Under the pieces are notes generated by a model that saw only the letters and a program-made list of their open reading frames with translations, had not been told where the DNA came from and did no database searches. DNA of 64,000 nt from contig NC_058368.1 of the NCBI RefSeq assembly GCF_018350175.1, positions 225,062,001 through 225,126,000 on the forward strand. The letters run 5' to 3'. This stretch comes from Felis catus (Eukaryota). The translations under genes and the position numbers were made by a program. Below are positions 25,821 to 38,493 of the stretch, in pieces. Position 1 is the stretch's first letter. Each line of letters opens with the position of its first letter.

Positions 25821-27137
25821 TGCAGTTCAGAAAATTTTAAAAACCCAGGAAACACACCCAAAAGAGGAATAAAAGATTATTCGACACACCATAGTTGTGG
25901 TCCCAAAGTTGGAATTTTTTTTTTCAAAACATTGTAGCAACTAAAGGTGCGTTACAGACTTTGGTTGGAAGGTCCTGACAGAAGCAGCATTCTCACAGAA
26001 TTTGTTTCTGAAGTTGGAGGTTGAGATATCACCAAAGTACCCATTATATGTGTATTAATACGACAGAGTTCTCTGACACATTTCCCATGTAGACTAAAAT
26101 AATAGACTAAATAAACTCAGCATAATCTAAGAGTCCACATTCCAATATCATCAATTGTCCCAAGAGTTACCTAAGGAGCAATTATTTACAGTAAAGAATC
26201 CAGTCCACGATCACATATTGCATTAATTTCTATGTCTCTTCAGTCTCCTTCTGTCTGAAACAGTTCTTCTGTCTGGTCAGTCAAGACACTGAAATTGTTG
26301 GGTAGTACAGACAAGTTATTTTCCAGAATGCCACTCCAGTGGGGATGGTCCAACATGGTCCTTCATGAACACTCAGGTTGTATGATACTGTGTCTTTAGG
26401 GAGTCCGTTCGGGCAGTACATAATGTCAGCCTGTCCTAGAGACAGAAGAATCTTGAAGTCAACAACTGATGAGCCCGGAAAAAGGGTAGACAGAAATATC
26501 TTGTACTATTCCCACTTTACTGTAAGTTTGAAATTATTTCAAAAGAAAACAATTTTTAAAAATGGAGAATGGGGAATGGGTGATTCAGATGATGATGACC
26601 ATAAGTTGATAAAGGCTCAACCTGGATGATAAATGTGTACATGTACATTATCTAGCTTCTCTACTTTTGTCTCTGTTTCAATTTTCCATAAAAAAAAGAA
26701 GTTCAATTTTAACTTCTGCCGTCACTAAGATGGCATTCCAATTTACGAAATAAGCACAGGATTTCCAACCCAAAGGATCTAAAGTGAAAATTTAACCCGA
26801 TTCCATAACTTCTCAGTGAGACGAGAGAAAAGGTGACTTTTCCATGTTTCTTAATTTCATACCTAAAGGTATTGATGAAAGTGGTAGCATGTAGACCGGT
26901 GCATAAAATAGGAAATTCAGCAAGAGCTGACTGTGCATAAAGCTTTCTCCGAGGGTTCGAGAGTCGTGAGACGAACCGTGCTGCAGAGACTTTGAAACCA
27001 TGTACATGTTAGAGCATGTGGGGCAAACATTTTGAATATCACCTACAAAAATGGCAGAGTAGGGAGCATAGCACAAAAACTGTTAATTCCTAAAAACATG
27101 TATTTCTGAATCAGCTTTTAAAAGATGATGAGTGTGG

Positions 27138-27375
27138 GGGGCGCCTGGGTGGCTCAGTCAGCTGGGCGTCCAACTTCGGCTCAGGTCATGATCTCACAGC
27201 TTGTGAGTTCGAGCCCTGCATTAGGCTTTGTGCTGACAGCCCAGAGCCTGGAGCCTGCTGCGGATTCTGTGTCTCCCTCTCTCTCTGCCTCTCTGCCACT
27301 CAGGCGCTCTCTCTCTCTCTCTCTCTCTCTCTCAAAAATAAATAAACGTTAATTTTTTTTTAATAAAATAAAATA
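27138..27375 (+). mobile_element. SINEC_Fc
   Basis: Full body; TSD aaagatgatgagt. Confidence 0.95.
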
Positions 27376-27390
27376 AAAGATGATGAGTTT

Positions 27391-27600
27391 GGGGTGCCTG
27401 GATGGTTCAGTCAGTTGAGCATCTGACTCTTGATTTGGGCTCAGGTTGTGATCCCACGGTCGTGGGATAGAGCCCCATGTCGTGCTCTGTGCTGAGCATA
27501 GAGCCTGCTTGGGATTCTCTCTCTCTCTCCCTCTGCCCCTCTCCCCTGCTCATGCTCTCTCTCTGCCTTTCTCTCTCAAAAAATTTTTTTTAAAAATTTA
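27391..27600 (+). mobile_element. Older CAN-SINE, in tandem with the previous one
   Basis: ggggtgcctggatggttcagtc head; right flank aaaggatgatgacttt. Confidence 0.95.
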
Positions 27601-27955
27601 AAAGGATGATGACTTTGGTTTGCACTTTGAGAGACATTTATTTTAAGGGGAAAGGCGCCTTGCAAGGGCATTGCACATGTTCACGTGTATTCCCTGCTTG
27701 AACATCTCACACGTTCATATCAATACAGGTCCATGAAGTGGACTGAATGGTGAACGCCACAAAGGTATAGCTATTTCCTAATCCCCAGACGCTGGGAATA
27801 TTGCTTTATGTGTCAAAAGACTGAATATTTATTGTTCATGTGTAAAAAGGGGTGATTGAATTAAAGACTTTGAAAGGAAGAGGGTATCCTGGGCTGTTCC
27901 AATGGACCTCAAATGCAGTCCTGTGTGTATCCTTATCACAAGAGACAGAAGAGGT

Positions 27956-28765
27956 GTGGACGCTAACAAAACTATTGTTTCTCTACTCGCAACACTTCTG
28001 ATACCAAATGTGTAGGGCTCTTCCCTCCACACCAACTGATTTTCCAACTCTCTAGACACAGAGCGTCCTATAATTTAATTCAATGCTGACACTAATTACC
28101 CAGAGTTAGCATCAGACTCTGCAGGTTTCAGGGGTCAGTCCCACAGGACTGCCCTCCGTTCAGATGCCAGTTGCAAGTAATAGGTCCCCAGGTACCCACT
28201 CTTCTGTCCGACTTGGCCATGAAGTCACAACCCCAATTCAGGTTCCGTGATTGCCGGAACAGCTCTCAAAATTCAGGGACTCATTTACTTACGTTCACCA
28301 GTTTATTTTAAAGGTTACAGATGAAGAGGTATGTAGGGTGAGGTCCGGAAGGGTGCCAAGCTCAGGAGCTCCTGTCTCCATGGAGGTGGGGCGTGCTACC
28401 TTCCCAGCATGTGGGTGGGTCCACCAACCCGCAAGCTCTCCAAACCCTGGAGTTCTTAACTCACTTTCCAGCCCTTCCATCCTTCCTGGAGGATAGAAGA
28501 TAGAGCTGAAAGTTCCAAGCTTCTAATCGCGGCTTGGTCTCTTTGGTGACCAGTGTCTACCCTGAGGGCCCATTCCAGGAGCCCTCCAAGAGTAACCTTA
28601 TTATAGTAAAAGATGCTTCTATCACCCAGAAAACGCCAAGGGATTTAGGGGTTTTATGTCTGATACTCCTGCCACTTCTATCCCTCAGGAAATTATAAGA
28701 GTCTTAGGGGCATTATGTCAGAAACAAGAGGCAAGGACCAAATATATATTGTTTATTATGTCACA
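27956..28765 (-). mobile_element. MER21-like LTR nested in the MLT1
   Basis: Motifs caacacttctgataccaaatgtg, cagtcccacaggactgccc and aaagttccaagcttctaatc; end gaccaaatatatattgtttattatgtcaca. Confidence 0.75.
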
Positions 28766-28981
28766 GAAATAGACACACAGAGGAGACCACAAGAGGTGAA
28801 GACAGAGCAGAGAGAAATGAAGTCACAAGTTGAAGAACCTTGGAGCCACCAGAAGTTGGACGAAGGGAGGGCGGACTCTGCCCCGGAGGTGCTGGCGGGA
28901 ATGCAGTTCTGCTGGCGGCTCGATGTCTGACGTCTAGTCTTCAGAAATGGGAGAAAATACACGTCTGGTGTTTTCAACCAC

Positions 28982-29546
28982 TGGGATGGAGATTTTATGT
29001 GTCAATAGTCTGGGCGGGGGGAATGCCAGAATAGCTAGTAAAAGAGATTTCTGAGTGGATCTGTAGAGGTGTTTCCGGAAGAGACCCACGTTTGAATCAG
29101 AGACTGAGTAAAGAACTCAGCCCTCACCAACGCAGGCGGGCATTGTCCAATCCCTTAAAGACTTGACCGGAACTAAAAGATGGAGGAAGGGACCATCTGC
29201 TTTCTCTCTCTTCTTGAGCGAAGCTACCATCGTCTGCCCTCTGAATTCAGAGCTTCGGGTTCTCAGCTTTCCGACTCCAGGACTTAATACAGTGGCTTCT
29301 CCACCCCTTCCCAGGATTTGAGCCTCAGACTGGAATTTACAGCCCTGGCGAATGTGGTTTTCCAACTTGCAGATGGCATATCATGGGCCTTCTCGGGCTC
29401 CATAGTCATGTGGGCCAAGTCCCACAATAAACCTCCTCTTGTATATCTAAATCGAGAGATAGAGTGAGATAAAGAGATAAAGATAGAAGTACAAGCAGAG
29501 AGAGAGAGAGAGAGAGACCCTATTTCTGGAGAACCCAGACTAAGAC
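28982..29546 (+). mobile_element. MLT2 (ERVL) LTR nested in the MLT1
   Basis: Start tgggatggagattttatgtgtcaa; gtgtttccggaagag; end ttctggagaacccagactaagaca. Confidence 0.85.
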
Positions 29547-29883
29547 AGACACCTGGTTTATCACAATCTGTTACACGGCCCTAAGAAACTAAAACAATAT
29601 CTTATTCTTCAAAAAGTCTTCTCTTGAACCTAATCCACTATACAACATGCTATTAGAATTAAAGAAAATTAGTGTATTCAATCACGAAATTAGACTTTAA
29701 GAGGAATCCTTGGAGATTTTGTTTGCATGGAGCGAAAGCAGAAGGCCTTGGAGACTTCCATATTCATCCCAACACTGTAAGAAAGCCTTTATTATTTGCA
29801 GTCTGTGTCTCAATGTGGGGGAAGGAGTGAAGGCTTAACATCCTCAGGTAAAACACAACATCTAATTAAACCCTTATGATCCA

Positions 29884-30045
29884 GGGGCACCGGGGCGGCT
29901 CAGTCAGCTAAGCATCTGACACTTGGTTTGGGTTCAGGTCATGATCCTGCAGTTCATGGGTCTGAGTCTCACATTGGGTTCTGTGCTGACAGCACGGAGC
30001 CTGCTTGGTATTCTCTGTATCCCTCTCTCTGCCCCTCCCCTGCTC

Positions 30046-30116
<71 letters not shown>

Positions 30117-30147
30117 ATACATAAATAAACTTTAAACACACAAAAAG
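29884..30147 (+). mobile_element. CAN-SINE with expanded (CT)n
   Basis: TSD ccttatgatcc on both sides. Confidence 0.94.
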
Positions 30148-30289
30148 CCTTATGATCCGTACAATGATTGAAGCCTTGTTCTATCACTGCTAATACAATG
30201 GAAACTATTAAAGCAGTTCTAAGACCTTCTGCAACTCAGGATGAAGTTTGATGTCAGTTTTGAACCAGGACTACCTCTATACCTTACAG

Positions 30290-30431
30290 TACCAGTGAAA
30301 AATAAAAATACAGGGCTTCTTATTCAGAAGTCATTAAGAATATCGAGACAGCATAGCATTAATCCAAGGACAGGGTCCTTCTAAGCATGGGGTCCAGTGT
30401 GGCTGCACAAACTCCCGTGAAAACAGTCCTG
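30290..30431. mobile_element. MER45-like hAT relic
   Basis: End motif gtccttctaagcatggggtccagtgtggctgcaca...gtgaaaacagtcctg. Confidence 0.55.
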
Positions 30432-30919
30432 CGTGGAAATAGTATCCAGTTCAGACTTCAGCCCAAGAAGAGAGCGTATCTCAATAAAAACCATAAGAGA
30501 TTACTCTTCCTGAAAAAAAGGCAGTGGAATAAACTCCCCCCACCCCCGCACTCCGCCTCAGTAGGGCAGAGACTCAGGGGCAGAACACAGGCAGCCTGCA
30601 GAGGACACCGAGCGACTCAGAGTGGAATGAGAGGGAAGGAGTCACAGCATCTCCCAAATAATTAGAGAGGGTGATAGGAAATCACTGAAATGGGAACTAG
30701 ACCTGTATATGAGCATCAGAGGAAGGCAAGACCTCCACATCGACAGATATATTCACTAGTAAGCTAAAAAAGCTTTTATACACACATATATATGTATAAT
30801 ATATATGCATACACAAAATAATATGCACTTACAAATATATATTAGGATATGATAATAATGTTATTTTTATACAATATATTGATTTGTATATGCTGATATT
30901 TACTAATATATTAGTAAGA

Positions 30920-31220
30920 ATAACATGTATACTTTTATAATATATATGTTGAATAATATATATACTTTTATAACATATATGTTATATAATATGTATACTT
31001 TCATAATATATATGTTATATATGTTATATAATGTGTATACTTTTATAATATATATGTTATATAATATGTATACTTTTATGATATATATGTTATATATGTT
31101 ATATAATATGTATGCTTTTGTAATATATATGTTATATATGTTATATAATATGTATACTTTTGTAACATATGTTATATATGTTATATAATATGTATACTTT
31201 TGTAATATATATGTTATAAT
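30920..31220. repeat. AT-rich minisatellite, ~30/39-bp units (atatatgttatataatatgtatacttttata)
   Basis: About 8-9 degenerate units seen directly. Confidence 0.9.
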
Positions 31221-31274
31221 AATGAAAGACCTGATGAGAAGCATTAAAGGAAGCATTCAAACCAATGAATTCGT

Positions 31275-32160
31275 TTTTTAAAAGTTTTTGTTTTAATTCC
31301 AGTTGGTTAACATACAGTGATATATTAGTTTCAGGTGTACAATACAGTGATTCAACACTTGCATCCATCACCCAGTGTTCATCACGACAAGTGTACCCTT
31401 TAATCCCCATCACCTCTTTCACCCCCCCCCACCCATCTCCCCTCTGGGAACCATCAGTTAGTTAAGAGTCTGTTTCTTGGTTTCTCTCTCTCTCTCTTTT
31501 TTTCCCTTTTGCTCATTTGTTTTTTAAATTCTGCATATGAGTGAAATCATGCAATATTTGTCTTTCTCTATCCATGTCATTGCAAATGTCAAGATTTCAT
31601 TCTTTCTTACGAGTGAATACTATTCCATTGTGTGTGGGTATATATATGTGTGTGTGTGTATATATATACATATATACATATATATACATGTATATATATA
31701 TATGTGTGTGTGTACATATATGTGGGTATATATATATACACCTCTTCTTTATCCATTCTTCTATTGATGGACACTTGAGTTGTTTCCATATCTGGGCTAC
31801 TGTAAATAATGGTGTAAACAAAGGATGCATGTATCCTTTTGAATGAGTGTTATTGTATCCTTTGGGTAAATACCCAGTAGTACGATTGTTGGATTATAGG
31901 GTTTTATTTTTAACCTTTTGAGGAACCTCCATACTGTTTTCCATAATGACTGCACCAGTTTGCATTCCCATCAACAGTGAGAAAGGGCTCCTTTTTTTCC
32001 CACATCTTCACCAACACCTGTCGTTTCTTATACTGTTGATTTAAGCCATTCTGACAGGTGTGAGGTGACATCTCATTGTAGTTTTTCTTTGCATTTCCCT
32101 GGTGATAAGTGATGATGAGCATCTTTTCATGTGTCTGGTGGCCATCTGTATACCTTCTCT
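31275..32160 (-). mobile_element. Carnivore L1 3' end (with internal TA/TG microsatellite at 31630-31740)
   Basis: Antisense L1 3'UTR and ORF2 tail motifs. Confidence 0.9.
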
Positions 32161-33049
32161 TCAAACCAATAAATTCTAACATAGCCCAAGAACAGAGAAA
32201 CAGTGAGAGAAATACATACTCAGGGCTTGAAAAAACTTGTAGAACATGAGAAACAAAATTGTAAGAGAAATCAGAATGAAAAATTTTATGCCATATCCAA
32301 CTGAGGGTTTTCACTAATTCTTTAATTAGGAAGCAAATGGAATGTGTTATTACGCGCAGTAATATTTTAATGTTTGTATAAAATGAGGCTTACATTAACT
32401 TTCTAGTAAAATGATTGTAAATTATTTTACATGGTGTAATTCAGTCATCCTTAACCAAGCTTGCAGTCATCTTCAAAACACCACAACAAGTCAAAAGGGG
32501 AAAAATATATATATAGGTACAGTTACAGAGAACACTCTTAAGTGCTCCACACATTCTGCCACCAAAATGAACAAATCCAAGGTCCTTTATAGAATATTAT
32601 TATGAGCAAAAGCTTGTTTCCATCTTAGCACTGTATATATTTCACTAAGTTCAAGGAATGAGGAGTCAGACATGCACCTCGCCTCAGAGACCTTATGCTT
32701 CAGGAACCAAACCAAATACAGGTGTAATAAAAAAAAAATAAAATAAAAAAAATAAAAAAAAAAAAAAGGAAGGCAATAAATCCCAATGGACTCCAAAGTT
32801 CGGAAGTCAGAAAAAAAAATCTAAACAGTTCTGGAACTCAAAATTGTCCATTTCCTCATTCCCACCCAAGTATTATTGGTTGCCTATAGACTTTTGTCTG
32901 CCACCATACCAATAACTGTCATGGCTCAAAGTCCCCTGGCTCACCACAGCCCAGTTACCTTTTCAGTAATTGTAATTCTGTTACCCTTAAATCTCTCAAA
33001 GGAAATCATCGTTCTAAGAGCCAATGCTGACCAAACCCTCTCCTAATCC

Positions 33050-33235
33050 CTCGCATGAATTGTCTCATTTAATGCACTTAATATCTCACCTAAGACGTGT
33101 GTGAGGGAGGTATCTTTACGTTCATGTTTTATACTTGAATAAACCGAGGTGCGGGGAGTTTAAGAACTTTGCCCAGAGTCACAAGGTAATGTAGGTAACG
33201 GAGTCAGGATTCACATTCCACCAGTATCTGTGTGC
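33050..33235 (-). mobile_element. MIR
   Basis: ctcatttaat...aaaccgaggtgcggggagtttaagaactttgcccagagtcaca. Confidence 0.7.
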
Positions 33236-36024
33236 AGCCTCCGCTTTTATTCACTCTGCAAAGTGGCCTCCAAATTATGGTCAGCAAACTCCCTGATACG
33301 TGAAATACTGTGCCGTAGAAAGAAACTCACCAGAGTAACAATTACCTTTAGAACTGGATGCAACATACACCAGATCCCATATGAGTGCTGGAGCTTATAT
33401 TCTTGATATAGCTTCTTTTGGCTCCTCCTCATCCTCTCTTTTATGGATCTCATATAATTCCCTCCTCATGCAAATCTAGCCTCAAGATCTAGGTTGTTCT
33501 TCCACTGCGTCATAGGGTTTGGGGGGGATCTTATGGTAAAAACTTGATTATACAATTTTTCCCAAGATTTACTCAAAGCATTGGATCTTTACCAATGAAA
33601 GAATTGCTTCATCCAGTATGCTGTTTTCCCTGGGAGAGGAAATATGGAGACAGAAATTTTAGTCACATAGGGCTGCATCTTTTTTTTTTCCTGGTAGAAA
33701 GAAAACTTTGTTCTATCTGCCTTTGGTGCTGTATCCCCAATACCCAGCCCCCACTACCCCCTCCCCGGCTGTAGATTGGAGAATTTAAACATGAACCCTT
33801 GTGGTAGGTTGGCAAGAAGGGGAATGATTAACTTAGCCCAAACTGAAAATATATTCCCCTATTGTGTAGAAAGATGTAAAGGTATATAATGCTCTTAAGT
33901 ACTCCTGGTCTGAAGGATTCTGGCATGATTACTATCTCACCCGTTATCACCCAGATTACATTTAACATGTATATCTGTTCTTAAAAAGAAGGTATGTAAA
34001 AAACAGTTGCCTGATAGTAAATGATCAAATGAACTCAAATGCATACACAAGCAGTGACAACATAGATTCGGACTGGAGTACATGCACTTTTCCCAAATAA
34101 GAGTGAAGACAATGGAGGTTGATGGTTTGAAGTTCCGATATACTGGAGAATCTGTTCCAAGAATGGAATACGACCTTGGATCTCACCTACAAACTGGCAC
34201 TATGCATTTACAAACCAGAAAACTGAGTACTTGTATAACTAAAACCATCCAAAGACTGTAAAAAGTAAACCAATATACAATATGCTCAGCAAATCTACGA
34301 GCTAACTATCCTTTGTCTTGTAATTAGATCGCTGTTCTTAAGATAGAAGTCCCAAACATCTCAGATGTCTTTTCTCCAGTATCTTTACATAAATGCCTGC
34401 TGTCATTCAGCTTTCTCATAACCTTCATCATTTTTATGTTTTCTGATTTTTTTTTATTTTGAGCATCACCTTAGGCTATTCCTTAAAATATTGCAACTCC
34501 TCATATTTCAAGCTCATCTAATTAAAGATGTCCCATCTCCTGACACCACATCCCAAAGCAAACCCATACAGACATCCATGCACACATATACCAAGATACT
34601 GAAGAATGAAAACGAGTCCCCCAGGCCAATCAACACCAATACACATACACTTTAGTACAAATATTTTTACATTCTAGTTCAGTGTTCTGCTCTCTGAGCC
34701 GTATTACTTCAGCAGGACATCTAGTACATTGTTTCTGATCAGCAATTGCCAAATGTTTAACTACCAGTAAAAACAGCTTTGTGCCCAACCTGAACGATAC
34801 CCGGATCAAAGCAAAACTGTTCCCAAACACAACATCATTGTTCCATCTATTGTTCCCAAATCCTAGGCGGTATTGTTCCCAAATCCTCAGCCTTTCTTGG
34901 TGGGCTTAGTCACTTTTTTTTTTATCACAGCCATTGCTCCCCCAATAAGAATAGCAATCCTGACTAAAGCAAATCACAATGTTACCGTTCTAGAAAGAAG
35001 GGCTTCAATGTAGGCAACTACTGGGGCCAGCGTCACTTGCCAGGTGAAAACGCAGCATAGTGTCATGGGATTTCCCACACAAAGACATGTTGAGCTCTCT
35101 CTTGAAACAGAGGGTTCGATGTGACTCGTTAGATAGTTATTAAAATGTACCACCCATCTTCATTTCCTCTGCCTTCATCAAGACACCTCTATCTGGAATT
35201 AGCAGTATTCACTTGACCTCCAAACCATCAGTTTATTCACTGAAATAGATGCAGTTGAAGGCGTGTTCGTTCAAATGGTATGCTCTTACTTTGGATGTTG
35301 ACATACATGCTTTATTCTAGTGACTGTGCTGTCCTCGTGACAGCGAGCCAAAGGGGGTATTTTGAGCAGAAAATAATGTGATATTCATAGAACGATGAAG
35401 CCAGAAGGGTCTCAATTCTGAATTTGATAGAATAGAAAACTGAGGTCGAGAGAAGTTCGGAGACTCTCTTAGGTCATTCCAATCAGACCAATATGGGAAA
35501 CTGAGGCCCCCAGAGTCCACGTATGTGCCTCATTCTTCAAAATGTGCTGTTTCTTACGCACCATCAACATCCTATAGCCACGACCTCCAACTGGTCAAAA
35601 GACCTCAAATGACTCCACATGGGAGTGTTGGCTTTTATTCTAATTATTGACTATTTACGTTATTTATATTGATTAACAAAGACAGGAAGTATTCTAATAG
35701 CTCTTGGGAGCTTATCTATTTTTAAGCACAAAACACGAGAACAAGGAGAAAATTCTTATTACGGGCTAAATAGGATTATTAGTCCCATTCATAAACAGCA
35801 TTTCTCACATAGACAAGAGCAACCAGAACACTTAGTAATGGATTGGCCCTTACAAAATTAACTTAAGAACGCAAAAAGCTGTTCTTTCACTGTTAATCAT
35901 CAAGATGCCAGAGTAGTAAATGCATGAAACATCTTTCCATTCCATTATTATTTAGGAAGCAACAAATAAATATTAATGGAGTGTTTATAGGGGTTAGGCA
36001 GTATTACAGGAAGCATGGCATGAC

Positions 36025-36215
36025 ACAGTGGTTCTCAATCTTAGGCGAATATTTGAAACATCTGGAGGAACTTTTTAAAACCTCAATAGCCACGCTATAG
36101 CGAAGACTTGTTACTAAAAAACAAAAAAAAAAATCTCTGGAGTTGGAACAAAGGCATTGACATTTGTAAAGCTCCCCAGAAAATTCCAGTCTACGGCTAA
36201 CTCTGAAAATCACTG
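36025..36215. mobile_element. MER5-type relic
   Basis: cagtggttctcaatctt...aagctcccca...ctgaaaatcactg. Confidence 0.65.
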
Positions 36216-36269
36216 AAACAGAATAACAGAAGCTTTATATTCAACATATATGTCATCGGATCCTGTGTC

Positions 36270-36450
36270 TGTCTCTTGCTTTCTAAACTTGGGCCAGTTT
36301 CTTTATCACTCTGTGCATCAGTTTCTTATTCTGTAAAATAATGATGATGAGGACGATGACACCTACCTCGTATGTTGTTTAGTGCCTCGGTGGTAATACA
36401 TGTAAATCTACACAGCAGGTGACAAAGGACAGGGAGTCAGTGAATATTAG
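36270..36450 (+). mobile_element. MIR
   Basis: cttgggccagtt...ctctgtgcatcagtttcttattctgtaaaat. Confidence 0.65.
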
Positions 36451-37218
36451 ATATTAGTTTACGAGGAGGATCTGTCTCTATTCATGGCGGCATAGCTCGC
36501 ATCAAACTAAACCTCCTATAAATAACAATCATAAACTCTAGACAAACAGAGCAAAGCAACTGTTTGCAGGCGTCGGTGTACAATCCAAAGCAGGCAGAAA
36601 CAAGAAAATCTAGTCCTTGAGGGGAAGCACCCCAGGCGAGCTCCATAATTAGTTGGCTTTTCCCCTGAGGACATACTCAGGCTTCTTGCAGCGCAGGGCG
36701 AGAAGAGAAATCAACCAGGAAAGAGCATCCTATTGTGGAGAGGACACAAAGGGCGGAACGGAAGGGCCAAGGGTGCAGGAAATTGGAGGAAAAATTCCAA
36801 AGAGTCCCACAGAAGGGATGCCCCCCAATCTGCCTGCAAATACCCTCAGTTTGCCCTACATCTAAACCGTCCATGCTTAATGGTGCGAATCTGAGGCACC
36901 AGGCAGAATGCAGCGGCTGGAAGAATAAAGAAGCAAGAAAGTATCTCCGCGACTATCTCGTAGTGGAGAGTTTATAGTTCCAGTGTGGCCAGGTTAGTGG
37001 GGCGTACTAGTTACCTTCCCTTTTTATTGGATCTCTGAAGGACCACACCTTAGGGGTAAGAATCACGCATCACGACTAAGATCTATGGCACAGAACTAAG
37101 GATAAAACCGAACAGACCACCCCCACGCACAAGCCCCCAGAGCAAACCTCCAAAAGATCAGAAGATTACGCTAGGAAATTATAAGCCATGTATTCACCTT
37201 TCGGAACAAAATTTAGCA

Positions 37219-37417
37219 CTTTTTTTTTTTAATGTTTACATTTATTTTTGAGAAAGAGAGAGTGCAAGAGGGGAAGGGGCAGAGAGAGGAGGACAGGGAT
37301 CCTAAGAGGACTCCACGGTGACAGCAGCGAGCCCCACATGGGGGGCTCAGAGAACCGCGAGATCATGACCTCAGCCAAAGTCAGATGCTCAACCAACTGA
37401 GCCACCCAGGTGCCCCC
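37219..37417 (-). mobile_element. CAN-SINE
   Basis: Body plus imperfect TSD atttagcact/atttaacact. Confidence 0.93.
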
Positions 37418-38265
37418 AGATTTAACACTCTTTAGAATAACAAAACATAACCCAGAAGGTTTATCATCCAAAATATTCAGTCTCCCACAGCCAGACGTAA
37501 TACAACATATGAAAATATGCCCCAATAGGAAAAAAAATTAATTAATAGAAATAGACTCACATATAACTTAGATGCTGAAATTAACGAAAACGTTGAAACA
37601 GTTAAGAGAATTCAACTAAAGAATTTAGAAAAAAAGGTAGACCAAATAGATGAACGGCTCTAGAATCTCAGCTGGGAAGTTGAAAACAAAAACAAACAAA
37701 AACATGGAAATTACATTACGTAACTGAACATACGATACCAAAAACAAAAAGTTTGTTAAATTGGCTTACCTGCAGACTAGACCTACAAAAAAAAAAAATT
37801 AATTAACTCCAAGGCAGAAAAACAGAAAAAAGAAAAAAAAAAGAAGAAATACACATACTAGTAATTCAAGACAGGTGGGGCAATATTTTATTATATGACA
37901 TATATGTAACTGAAGTCCCAGAAGGAAATGTGGAGACAGAAGAAATACTTGAAGAGAAAATAGTTAAAACATTTCCAAACTAATAAAAAAAAAAATAACT
38001 AACATCAACAGACCCCAAAACATTGCAAATCTTCAACAAGGCAAACACAAAGATAAACATACCTAGTTACCTTATGTTCAAACTGGTGAAAACCAATTAT
38101 TAAAAGGAAAAACATTAAAAGCAATCAGAGAAAAAAAAACGCATTACATTCAGGGTGACAGCAACACGAACGATGACTGATTTCTCACGCACAAAAAAGA
38201 TATATACAAGGTAGAAGATAATGAAATATTACCCTGAAAATGCTACATGAAAAATTTCTCAGCTG

Positions 38266-38493
38266 TTTTTTTTTAAGTTTATTTATTTGTTTTGAGAGAG
38301 AGAGAAAGAGAGCACTCACATGGGAGCACACAGGTGGGGGAGGGGCGGAGACAGAAGGAGAGAGAAAGAATCCCAAGTGGACTCTGCCCTGTCAGCCCTG
38401 TCAACCCAGTGCGGGGCTTGAACTCATGAACCTCTTGACCTGAGTCAAAATCAAGAGTCGGGCACTTAACCCATTGAGTCACCCAGGCACCCC
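38266..38493 (-). mobile_element. CAN-SINE
   Basis: Reverse SINE body. Confidence 0.92.

Larger units (their letters stand above)
27734..29597 (+). mobile_element. MLT1 (MaLR) LTR in three pieces (~27734-27955, ~28766-28981, ~29547-29597)
   Basis: MLT1 start tgaagtggactgaatgg, middle gagccaccagaagttgga...agaaatgggagaaaatacac, and end taagaaactaaaaca. Confidence 0.75.

Noticed and set aside
30903..31846. Overlapping ORFs rich in Y/I/M
   Set aside because: Translations of the AT minisatellite and L1 microsatellite.
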